From Paraspadella gotoi (taxonomy: Eukaryota > Animalia > Chaetognatha): a stretch of DNA of 64,000 nucleotides. The stretch covers positions 24,292,411-24,356,410 of the forward strand of contig CM119266.1 in assembly GCA_051294375.1 (NCBI GenBank). Reading direction: 5' to 3'. The notes under the pieces are model-generated. The model was not told the DNA's origin, did not search any database, and worked only from the letters and a program-made list of their open reading frames with translations. Within the stretch, counting starts at the first letter, position 1. Each line of letters begins with the position of its first letter. Of the stretch, positions 13,795 through 25,189 are shown piece after piece. Made by a program: the position numbers and the translations under genes.

Positions 13795-15501
13795 GCTCTC
13801 TCTCTCTGCTCTCGTCTCTTTCCGCGCGGGCACAGAGGGAATCGTGTTCTCATTACCGCGAGTGTGGCTTGGAAAGGGAATGTGATGGCTCTGCGCGGTC
13901 GCGCGCGGGCCAACGTTTCCAACCGACCACGCCACCCTCGCCGTTCCCACGCCACTACTCCCACGCCAACGCATATACGCCAATGCAACGTCCAACCTCC
14001 TTATCCCACGCCTGTCTTTTTACCTTCATGTCTGGTATTCATCTCCTTCTCGAGGCCCAACTGTTCTTCCTTCTTTTTTATGTTTTTTTGCTTAGAACCG
14101 AAACGTGGATAATTCGTTCTTGTCAAATTTTATATCATAATTTACGAACGTATATCGCTACTATCCAGCGANNNNNNNNNNNNNNNNNNNNNNNNNACGA
14201 AACGTGGAAATTCGTTTGTTCAATTTTATTTATTCAAAATACGAACGTATGTACTATCCAGGAAAAAAGTAATGTCATAATTCATTTATTCAATAAAAAG
14301 TATATAAAACATGGGTAAAACATCATGATGACATTCTCAATATTTGGTATACCCTTCCTCGGTATCAATTACTGCCTACCTTTTTCTGGGTATGCTCTAA
14401 TACAGCAAATTGAGGTATGACAGTGAAATATTTTTATAACTTTAATAACTTTAATGCAATTCTGCGCAGCCCCGATATTAATGTTGCGCATCTTTCCCTC
14501 TTTTCTGAGAGCTATAATAATATTTTTTTGAACCAGAAAGAGGTTCAAGGCCTTTAGCATTGCCAAATTAAAAAAATAATAAAAAAATAACTCTATTCAA
14601 AATAAAAACAAATAACTAAATACCAAAAAAAGTAAAAAATAAATCTTTTTTTTGCCATTTTTCATTTGAAGTAGCAATATTTTTTTGCCTGTAACTTCTA
14701 AACNNNNNNNNNNNNNNNNNNNNNNNNNNNNNNNNNNNNNNNNNNNNNNNNNNNNNNNNNNNNNNNNNNNNNNNNNNNNNNNNNNNNNNNNNNNNNNNNN
14801 NNNNNNNNNNNNNNNNNNNNNNNNNNNNNNNNNNNNNNNNNNNNNNNNNNNNNNNNNNNNNNNNNNNNNNNNNNNNNNNNNNNNNNNNNNNNNNNNNNNN
14901 NNNNNNNNNNNNNNNNNNNNNNNNNNNNNNNNNNNNNNNNNNNNNNNNNAAACAGTTTTTTTACTTTAAGACTTCATTTAAAAATTAATAGCATAAACAT
15001 AATTAAACGGTTTTTTTACTTTAAGACTTCATTTAAAAATGTCACATACTTTTTTCCTAGATAGTAAAGGCTTGAAAATTGTTCACAATTAGTCGAAATT
15101 TTTCATTACCAATCCATAATTGTCATTATTTATTTTGTTATTTTCCACTTTTTATTCTAAAATTAACGGCNNNNNNNNNNCAATTTTATTTATTCATAAT
15201 ACGAACGTATATGTACTATCCAGGAAAAAAGTATATGACATAATTCATTTATTCAATAAAAAGTATATAAAACATGGGTAAAACATCATGATAACATTCT
15301 CAATATTTGGTATACCCTTCCTCGGCATCAATTACTGCTTACTTTTGTCTGGGTATGCTCTAATACAGCAAATTGAGGTATGACAGTGAAATATTTTTTG
15401 ATAACTTTAATGCAATTCTGCGCAGCCCCAATATTAATATTGCGCATCTTTCCCTCTTTTCTGAGAGCTATAATAANNNNNNNNNNNNNNNNNNNNNNNN
15501 N

Positions 15502-15613
15502 GGAACGACCTTTTTTGATTTTCACATCGATTTCAACGAAATTCATTACCAATAATATATGTCTACATTGACGTATCTGTAAAAAATATTAACGATGACT
15601 TTCAAGCGACGTA

Positions 15614-15644
<31 letters not shown>

Positions 15645-17686
15645 TCTTCTCTCTCTCCTCTCTGTCTCTCTCCCATCTCTCTCTCTCTCTCTCTCTCGCC
15701 GCCCAGTTTTCTCAGTCTCGTCGAAAGACATTCCCTCCCGCCATTGCAACTCGAGTCGCAATTGTCTTCCACGTTCTCCGTCTGGCACCAACCGAGTCTC
15801 TGAACGTGCCATTCGCGAGCGAGATCTAATGCCAGATCACTTACCCTCTTCACTCACCGCACTACCTGTGCTCCTCCTCTAATTATTTCCCTCTCTTGTT
15901 CCCCTCTTTCTCTTTACCTACCTCTCTCGCTCTCTCTCCCCTCTCTCTTTCTCCTCATTCTCGCTCCTCTCATAAAATAGCTGGGTACAGCGACTAATGT
16001 CTCCCTGTCGGCCATGAGGCTGCCGGCCAACGGCACGGCGAGGTTGTTGTGGAACATCCGGAGGGGAAGGAGGTGGCGATGCAGGCGTGGAGCGGATAAA
16101 GGGGAGGGGGATGAGAATACTTGGGTTCTAGATAACAGAGGTTTACATGTGAGCTAGGGATTGCGGTTTCCGGATTAATTATTTAAAATAAATGGAATGC
16201 AATTGAAGTCTAAAAAACGTAAAAATAAACCTGTTTCAATATTATGTCTCATGCCGTTAAATTTTAAGAATAAAAAGTGGAAAATAACAAATAAATAAAT
16301 AATGACAATTATGGATTGGTAATGAAAAATTTCGACTTAATTGTGAACAATTTTTCAAGCCTTTCACTATCTAGGAAAAAAAGTTATGTGACATTTTTAA
16401 TGAAGTCTTTAAAGTAAAAAAAACGTTTAATTATGTTTTATGCTATTAATTTTTTAAAATGAAGTCTTAAAGTTAAAAAAACTGTTTAATTATAAGTCTA
16501 TGACCATTAATTTTAGAATAAAAAGTGTATAAATAACAAAATAAAATTATGACAACATATGGAGTTGAAAAAATAAAATATTTTGTGATTAAATTTGTGA
16601 ATAATTTTTAAGCCTTTACTATCTAGGAAAAAAATTATATGACATTTTTAATAAAAAGATATCTACTCTAGAAAACTTAATTTAAAAAAAAATCGGAACA
16701 TTTCTGAATCTATATTGAATTTTTTTTTAGTAGCTTCCTTCTATTTTATGTAGGTCAAATCGTTATAGAAGTTACAGGCAAAAAAATATTGCTACTTCAA
16801 ATGAAAAATGGCAAAAAAAAGATTTAATTTTTTACTTTTTTTGGTATTTAGTTATTTGTTTTTATTTTGAATAGAAGTTATATTTTTTTTTATTTTATTA
16901 ATTTGGCAATGCTAAAGGCCTTGCCACCTCTTTTGCTTTTCAAAAAAGATATTATTATAGCTCTCAGAAAAGAGGGAAAAGATGCGCAACATTAAATATC
17001 GGGGCTGCACAGAATTGCATTTAAAAGGTTATTAAATTATAAAAATATTTCAACTGTCATACCTCAATTTGGCTGTATTAGAGCAATACCCAAAAAAAGG
17101 TACGGCAGTATTTGATGACGGGCAAGGGTTATAGCCAAATAATTGAGAATGTTAGTCATGATGTTTTACCCATGTTTTATAGTACTATTTTATGAATAAA
17201 TTGAACTTATGACATATACTCTTTTTCCTGGATAAGTACCATCATCGGTTCGTAGATTCTGAAATACAATAAAATTGAACAAAACGAATTTCCACGTTCG
17301 TTCATAGCAAAAAAAAAGTAGAATATAAAGAAGGAGAACGTGGGCCTCGAGAAGGAGAGAGCAATCGCGACTGAGGTAGAAGAATGGCGTGGGATTACGG
17401 AGGATTGGCGTTCGCATTGGCGTTGGCGGTTGGCGTGGGCGAAGTAGGCGGGAACCGGCGAGGGTGGGCCGCGTGGTCCGGAGGAAAACGTTGGCAGGGC
17501 GACCGAGAGGAGCATAAGTCCCTTTCCAGAGCCATTCGCCGGTATGAGAAAACGATTCCCTCTGCTGCCGGGGGAAGAAGGTAGAAGAAGAAGAGAGAAG
17601 ACGAGAAGACGAGAGAGAGAAAGGAGAGGAGAGAAGAGAGAGAGAGAGAGGAGGAGGAGAGAGAGAGAGAGAGAAGAAGACGCGTT
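15502..17686 (-). repeat. Inverted copy of ~25853-28223
   Basis: ggaacgac at 15502 is the reverse complement of gtcgttcc at 28216-28223. Reverse-complement similarity continues to ~17686, after which the sequence switches to direct orientation matching 28224 onward. Confidence 0.85.
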
Positions 17687-18506
17687 CTGTACCTCGATAA
17701 TTCCGCGTTGATTAATAAGAATTTATTCTTAAGGTGATTGGAGTGATGATTATCTATAACCACCGAACCAAACCACCAAACCACCAAAGCCTGTCCAAAG
17801 TCAGGTGCGAGATAGCTTAGTTATTAAATGAATGGATAATTTTCATATTAGTTGTACCAATTTCATGATATTGCGGATCAGTCGAGGTTCAAAGTAGAAT
17901 TTTCGGAGAGTCACCATGTCTCTCGCTCTTTGAGACTAAAAATCCTTTCTTTCCGTTCACGAAGACAACCAGAGGGAGTTTCGTTGTTGTCGTTTCATCC
18001 TCGTAACGGCCAAACACAGAATCACACACAAAGCTGCAACACACACAGGGGAAATTTCATTTACGCAATTCTAGTTATTCATTCTATCAGATGATCGTTG
18101 AACGATCTCGCTTAATGAGAAAATCTTTTGAAACAAGACCAATATCTTTCTTTCGAGTTTACGAGGCATCCCAGTCGCTCATCTTCTCTCTCTCTCTCTA
18201 CATCTCTCCATCCCTCTCTCTCTCTCTCTTATTCCCTTCTTCGTCTCTTCTTCTCTTTGAACAAAGCGCGGCCCCAGGCAGCAAATGCCTACCGCGTAGA
18301 AGAGACGAAGGAGAGCCACACAAAGTCTCTTCTCTTTTCTTCTCATTCTCTCATTTCTCCTTCTTGAGAAAGACCGGCAATCGCGCGACGCTTAGATCCT
18401 TTTTGATTTTTTTACGAGTAACTTGATTTTTCGAAAGAAGAAGAAAGAGAAAATATGAGACGGCAGACGGAAATTTTAAAAAACGTGCCCTAGATTTTTT
18501 TTCAAG

Positions 18507-21400
18507 ATGGCGTCGGACGTGAATGGCGGCCGGAAGTGACGCCTCGGGCGGGAAGGGGATTGGAGGAGACGGAGCTCGTCGAAGTACAACTTACGGAAAT
18601 GGCTGTTTAAAGGTTTTGGCTGGGGAATGTTTGTGGCGGATTGCAGAATTGCTTCCTCTGATGGTGAGGATGTTCGAAGTAAGCAAGAGACTGGTCTCGG
18701 TTGTAATGAAGGCAAAGGCTCTGAAGGATGAGGGATAAAATTGATTTCTAATTCACATTTTCGACAATTTCGATCATTTAAGATCAACCGTAATTTTCTC
18801 ACAAATACTGAATTGATAGGGGTCCAATAAATTTTATTTACATAAATTCCTCACCCTTTCAACCTTCCATTACCGCCGAAACCGCCTTTTCGAACGACCC
18901 TTCCAACAGCAATAGGCATCCTTGGACGAGTTATGGCGACCACATCATGCGAAGAAGGCTGCGGCTTAGAGAGGCGGAGGAAGCGGCTTCGGAGAGAAGC
19001 GGAGGCGGCGGACGGACTGGCGCCGCTGCGGCTCTTCGCGCCCACCGACGACCGCGACTCGCCGGTTCTCCCCCTTCGCGGCTTTCCGGCCGCCAGCGAA
19101 ACTCCCAGCGCCCGTTCCGTCGCGGAGGAAGAGGAGCCGGAGATCGAATCCGGAAAGGAATCGAGGCGGGCGGCGGAAACATCATCGAACGCGTCTCCTC
19201 GAAATCACACGGATTCATCGGACCTCAAGTATCGAGAAAACTACTTAGAGCGGGCATAGTCATCCCCTGGACGGAGCTGGAAGCGCGGTTCCCGAAGCTG
19301 AGAGAAGTGCTTTCGGCTTGCCGGGCGAGTACGATTGTTTTTGGTTGTCGTTGATCGGTGGTTGTTGCTGTTGTTGGTTGATGGACGGTTGTTGGGTTTC
19401 TTGTTGGGGTTCAAGAAAATATCAAATATAATGATATCTTTGGTTTAATTGTGTTGCTTATGATCACGTGAGTTTGCCGTAAAAGACTCAAGCTGTTTTC
19501 CGCTAACTTTTGTCCCTTTTTCGAATTTTTTTTATTGAAATGATTTTTTTTATTATTTAACTTATTCTTATTTAAATATGAGAATACCGATGCTTAAACA
19601 ATAAAGTAGAACCATAGAACTTCCGCAAAGAGTTTTTCTTTTAATTTTCAAAAAATTTTTATCTTCTAATAATTCTTGATTAACCGACTTAATCCGGTCA
19701 CCCAAACAGTTCGTGGGGGGCGACAGAAAGGCTTCGACCTGCACGGAGAACCGTCCCTTCCTGTGTGATGAAGACCGAGCCGCAGGATCGCCCGAGTCCG
19801 AGCTCTTTCGAAGAGATGATGGAGGAAAGACTCGTGGACGAATCCTGGACGGAAAGACTGGGAGTGGGAGATCCCCGTAGCGCCCCTCGACCTTCGTAGG
19901 GGCATCGGGGCGTGCCCGGTCATTGGATCTCAAAGCCGGGGAGAAAGGCGGAAAGAATGGAGAGTGGAGAGGAGAAATGGAGAGGGAGAGGCGGAGGGAG
20001 TCAAGGAGAAAAGAAGAAGCGAAGGAGGAGGCGGAAGAGGAATGCGTCGGCGCCGCGGAGAGGTCTCGACTCGTCCAACGGCCGTCTCTCGCCTCCGTTC
20101 CGCGACGCCCGCCCACTTGCATAAGCGGCATCAATCTCATCTACCGACCGGAACTCCTCTTTCACAGCCGCGCCGGTGGCCAACGCTTGGCCCTCAGCCG
20201 TCGCCGCCTCGGCCGGAATCGGAAGCCGGTGAAAGCGCGGGCACGCCGAGGGACGCGGTGCGGAGAGGGCGGTTTTGCAACGAGCAGGAGATCGTCTGTC
20301 CCGGCGCCGCAATCTATCGCCGGATGGCCGCATTCGACGCCAAGTCGGCGCTGGCGGGTCGCACTATTGTAACCCACAGGCTTCGTGCGCAAGCATGCGC
20401 GGGAGGACGCGCTGAGAAACGAGGGACGCCTGAGTCGGTGACAGGTCCGATGGAAGAATTAAAAAGAAAAAACAAATAATATCCAATAGGGACCAAATGC
20501 CGGTGAATTGAAAAAGATTTAATAAATAAATAAATTAACAAATAACTCCAATTTTTCCCTTCTTACAGTTCTCACAAGGCGGCGCCATTTACTTCGACGA
20601 CGCAAAAGTCGCGCCGGAGGATTTTCGGCGCCCAGATTCCGTGGAGTCGGCCCGCCAAAAGACCCTCAAGGCGCCAAGAAAAAGGAAGCGCCGCCGGCGA
20701 GAAGGAATGGTAGGTCGCGGGGTCGAAGAAAGGCCAGGTTTGGCGGGAAATATTTCGAGTTAACCGGAGAAAGGAAGTTGTTGCGTCTCTCTATAACATG
20801 ATGCGTTTTTTTTGGATCAAAAATTAGTTTCTTTGAATAATAATAACCTCCATAGCTTCAAACAATCCTCAACTCCCCCCGTGCCCTCCATCCTCCCCCC
20901 ACCCACCCCATCCCAACCTGGCCAGCCGAGAAAAAGAAGGGCGCACTGCCGAACCTCGCGTCTTCTTCGCGCCAAGGCAGCGTCATCGACAATCCAAAGA
21001 ACCCCCTTGAATCCGTCGAGGCTGCTGCCAAACATTTTTCCTCAATCAAGCGAGTCGTGCTGAGGTGAACGATCGAATTGATCGTTGTTTTGGTTTTCGG
21101 ATTCGTCACTCCGATCGAGCCCTTCCACAAAACCGATTCTATGGACTGTCTCCCTAATACGATCCTCTGGAACAGGCCGGTAAAACGCGGAAGTGGCACG
21201 GCACTCCCTTACGCGATGGGGCCTCTGAAGGAGTCAAAACCGAAAACGAGGCCTATTCGAGACCTTCAACATTCAATCGACGGCCAAGGGCTTTCCGTAG
21301 GATCGAAGACAGAGTGCACGGGCGCCGTCAAGTCACGGTAGAGGGGCCGATCTTGCGACTGCAAATCGGAAGACGAAGAGCCGAAGAGAAGGAATGAAGA
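18507..21400 (+). other. Second copy of the C2orf81/DUF4639-like gene, in indel-rich (raw long-read quality) sequence
   Basis: Collinear with 9053-11800, with ATG at 18507 (ttcaagATGGCGTCGGAC). It also shows sequence missing in the copy-1 gap (...HGTPYAMGPLKESKPK...). Frameshifts are scattered 1-bp indels at similar density in exons and introns, so coding status cannot be judged. End coordinate is approximate. Confidence 0.7.
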
Positions 21401-21667
21401 AGGGGGGATTGTTGAGGGGAATTAAAGGGAAGGAGATATGAAGAGTAAGAATTCCGAACATTTACGATCGAAAATGGAAGCTTACTGTACTTTTCTGGCG
21501 TCCTGCAAATGTTTTTACTATTTTCTAGCTGTGTCACAGGGGGGGGGGGGTTGTTCGTGTATTCCAATATCAATTCTGAAATGAGAAAAAAAGTGGTCAC
21601 ATTTTTTTTTCTCCTTTAATTTCAAAAGCCTCTCAGTCGAAAATTGAATAAATCTGAGTAAAGGTAT

Positions 21668-23156
21668 AGTGGAGACTCCTGATTATTATATTAGTAAGAA
21701 AGTAAATAAAAATCGCCGGCACGAATTCTTTAAAAATTCCAATGCCCGCTTAAGAAATATTTTGCTCCCTCTGTTCAATAACGCCCGTCGCAAAACTTAA
21801 ACCTTATTGTGGGAAAGTATTTTTTAGAATTGTTTACTTTACAAATTAACCAAATTTTTTCCTCTCTCATCGCCATAATAAAATGAATGCACTTGTACAA
21901 TTAGCCAATTCGATTCATTCGCTTCTGATTTTCAAATAATCGATTTCATCTCATTTTGGTTCGCGCATTTTTTAATCTCGACCACCTCCACTTGATGGTC
22001 AGCGGTGGTCCCACACTCAATGGTGGGAATTACACCTAACAAAGAGAATGGCAAAGATGAATCTTGTTTTTTTTTTTATGTGTTCAACTGAGTGGAATAT
22101 GCGAAATTTGACTAGACTGTTTCTCCTGCTTCGGTTCAAAGTCCTCCTTGCCGCAACTGGAAGACAACATCAAATTTTTTTTTGCAGTTGAACGTTCGTT
22201 CAAATCAAAAGGGCACTGGAGCACGTCAGCGGTCAACGGGTTCTACTTAATGGGCAGAGTTTTGGACGCCGAAAAGACCATGTGGAATCGGCGATGAGAA
22301 TGGGAGAATGTTTGAGACAGTGGGATCAATGTTTGCGTTTGCGGCAACATGGCACAAGTTTAGTCACTTGTACTGTAACTGGAGAAATAGCCCTGAGTTA
22401 TGCCCTCTACCGCCACAAGGATCTTGCGTGCACGATGCTACGTCATCAACTCTTTCAGAAAGTTCTAAATGTGTGCTTCATCGTTTGTGCGTGGTTTCAC
22501 TTGTGGTTCATGGTGCTATCACTTCATCACAAACTTGAGTCCTTTTCGGTGGAATTCATAAATCAAGAAACTTCCGTAATTTTAATTTTCATGTGTGATT
22601 TACCAACGCTAACCGTATCAAATTTTCCTAAATTGTTTAATTTAAATTTCATTTTTGTATTGTCGGCATTATTTAGCTTTTAACTGGCCAAAAAAAGAAG
22701 GTTTACTGTGATGTGGTACTTTATTTTAAGAAAGTGGGCCGTTTTTAATTTAAAATTTTAAAACATTTGCGTTTACTTTTGAGTACCATTTTTTTGCTTT
22801 CTTTGGTGCGTGCCGAGTGGGGATACCTGAATTAAATGTATTTAATAGTAAAGAAAGTAATAGAAATCGCCGGCGAATTCCTTTAATTCCAACTGCCCGC
22901 TAAGAAAATAATTTTGGCTTCCCTCTGTTCAAACGCCGGTCGCAAAAACGTTGACCTTATTGGAAGTAATTTTTTAGAATTGTTTTACTTTAACAATGTA
23001 AAACCAATTTTCTCTCCTCATCGCATATAAAAAATGAATGCCACTTATGGTACAAATTTAGCCCAATTCGATCCATTCGCTTTTTTCTGATTTCAAAAAA
23101 ATAAATCGATCATTCTCAATTTTGGGTTCCGCCATTTTTATCTCGACCACCCCACT
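21668..23156 (+). mobile_element. Non-autonomous LTR retroelement (TRIM-like), ~1.49 kb
   Basis: Direct repeats at 21668-21992 (AGTGGAG...CTCCACT) and 22816-23156 (AGTGGGG...CCCCACT). 4-bp TSD GTAT at 21664-21667 and 23157-23160. Empty site in the other copy (gagtaaagGTATtagaa, ~12016-12032). PBS-like tgatggtcagcggtgg at 21993-22008, compared with the tRNA-Leu complement TGGTGGCAGCGGTGG. Confidence 0.8.
22048..22538 (+). other. Putative frameshifted cargo gene inside the LTR element: small Cys-rich secreted, Ly6/uPAR (three-finger)-like protein
   Basis: ATG at 22048 (MAKMNLVFFF...), LDCFSC at 22112-22129, VCVC at 22331-22342, YCN at 22371-22379, then a hydrophobic tail (CVLHRLCVVSLVVHGAI). 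These pieces lie in different frames of error-prone sequence, so the reconstruction is inferred. Confidence 0.4.
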
Positions 23157-24361
23157 GTATAGAGTTATAAAGTTAAACAGGGTAACGTTTGGGGTTGTCG
23201 GCTCGGTGGTTCGCTGATGGTTTGTGATGACAAACGAACAGTTTTTCCTTAGTTTTCGTCCCTCGGTTTTCCTAAAGTTACTGTTACTGTAACTGTTACT
23301 GTTACTGTTAACTGTTACTGTTGCGTCCCAACTGTCACGGATTTTGTAATCATTTTCATCGACGTGCATTGGGAAAATATTGCGTCTTTTTCCCTCGGGC
23401 TTCCGAATTTTCCCCCGGGTCTTCGTCGTTCTCGTCCCTAAGCCTGCGTCCGTCACGCGTCATCATCACCGCCGCCACCGTCTCATCTCCGCGGACGTTA
23501 ATGGAATTGTAACAGGTTTCCTCGTTACTGCCCGCCAATTGACGCGTGAGGACGGTCCGGTTTGCCTGAGAGGAAAATGTTGCCATGGAACGACGCCATC
23601 TTGGTGGAAGAGAAGAGAGAGAGGAGAAGAGAGGAGAGAGAGGAGAGAGAAGGAGAGAAGATAGAGAGTAGAGAGAGAGAGAGTAGAGAGAGAAGAGACT
23701 AAATCATTTTTACTACAGGAGCTTAGCGCTGATGGTCGTACCAAGGACGATGGTAACAGAAAGCGGCTGTTTGTTGTTTTCCTAATAAATAAGTGGTTTG
23801 GGTCTGTTTTTCAAGGAAATATTTCTCTGGAAGATTTGCCAACTAGAAGCCCCCAGAAGTAAGAAAATGTTGGAAACTTCTGCTAGAAAAAAAAAGCCTC
23901 GTTAATAGATTTTACGCGAATTAAAGTATTCCTTTTTTATTTTGAAACTAATTGTATTTATTTTTATTTTTTTTTTCGTTAGAAGAACTTCAATCTTCAT
24001 TAATCAAAAGGAAAAATCGCGACGAATTCGAAGATTTCTGAATCGCATGCGCGAGACATTTTACATATATAAAATCCCCTTTGTTCCGTCATATATAAAT
24101 CCCTTTTTCGACTTCATGCATATTCAATTAGAAATTAAACGTTGGCGCTAACTGTTGTTTCAAAAATAGTCCGCAACGGTTGTAATATCGCGAAAGGCAA
24201 GCTCAAAATATTTCCATCACGCGGAACGTTGGGCTAATATACAACGGTTGGATGAATGGTTTTTATGTTATCAATAAAGCGGGAATATTGAAAATATAAA
24301 TAAAAATAACATAAAAAGTGGCAAAAACTTGATGATTCCCTCTCGTGGTATATATGTTTGA

Positions 24362-25189
24362 TGTTATGGCAACAGCCGGGTGCCTGTGATGCACATTGGG
24401 AGGGGCATCTCACTGTTTGGCTTTGGGGGAGCTTTCCGGACCCTCAGTGGGACGGCCTCCAGTCACTGGCGGCGGTTTACCCTAGTGACGGTCTCCTTTT
24501 GCCAACGTCAGAGGGAAAGTTGTTAGACTGTGGATGAACACTACGCCTGGGATGTGTGTGTGTCCCCCCTCTGAAGCCAATGCATTTGTGGCTTGCGGAA
24601 TGGTGGACGTGAAGGCGGATGTGAATATACCGCCACAACGGTCGCCCTGGGGCCAAATGACGATCTACTCGGTTCCTCGATAGCCCTGAGAGGGTGCTCT
24701 GTACAAGACTGTTTACCATAGTGGGAGAGAGATGAGAGAGCTGCGAGTTTGTGGGGGCATAGGCGTTTGTCGTAGCGTAACTCCCCAGGGGCCATAGGCG
24801 TTTGTTCGGTAGCGTAACCGAGTCGGCAAAGGGCATAGGCGTTTGGTCGTAGCGTCACCCTGAGAAGGTTGCGTGTTCCGATAGTAGGGCTCAACCAACT
24901 TATTGGAACAGCCGGGTTGGGCCTGTGAATTGCCAATTGGGATGGGCATCTCCAAAAGCTGTTTTGAGGCCTTTTGCGGGTCCGACACCCCTGCAGTGAC
25001 GCCTCCAGTCACTGGCGCGGTTCCCACGCTAAGTGACGGTGCCTCGCTTTGCCAACGGCAGAGGGAGTTGTTAGGACTGTTGGACCTCGGAACAACTACG
25101 CCTGGATGCGTGTGTTCGCCCCTCCTCTGAGCCAAGTGGATTTGGCCTGACGGATGTGGAACGTGAGGCGGTGTGAAATTACCGCCACA
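24362..25189. mobile_element. Second small LTR-bounded (TRIM-like) element, ~830 bp
   Basis: Direct repeats at ~24362-24637 (TGTTATGG...CCGCCACA) and ~24900-25189 flank a ~260 bp core. The element is absent at the equivalent site in copy 1 (tatgttgcatccacaatgtc, ~13108-13128). No clean TSD. Confidence 0.65.
24755..24858 (+). repeat. Three copies of a ~27-bp repeat (GGGCATAGGCGTTTGTCGTAGCGTAAC) with short variable spacers
   Basis: Seen directly in the core of the 24362-25189 element. Spacers are approximately tccccag and cgagtcggcaaa. Confidence 0.85.

Noticed and set aside
14197-15476. Extra short duplicates (14221-14520 versus 15181-15476)
   Set aside because: Small contigs between N gaps, most likely allelic or redundant fragments.
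18507-21400. Calling gene copy 2 a pseudogene
   Set aside because: Indel density is similar in exons, introns and flanks, consistent with sequencing error rather than decay.
22282-22683. 133-aa ORF from the track taken as the element's protein
   Set aside because: Non-ATG start and no recognisable motif. The Cys motifs lie in other frames.
24755-24858. CRISPR array
   Set aside because: Only three repeats, 7-12 nt spacers, eukaryotic context, no cas genes.
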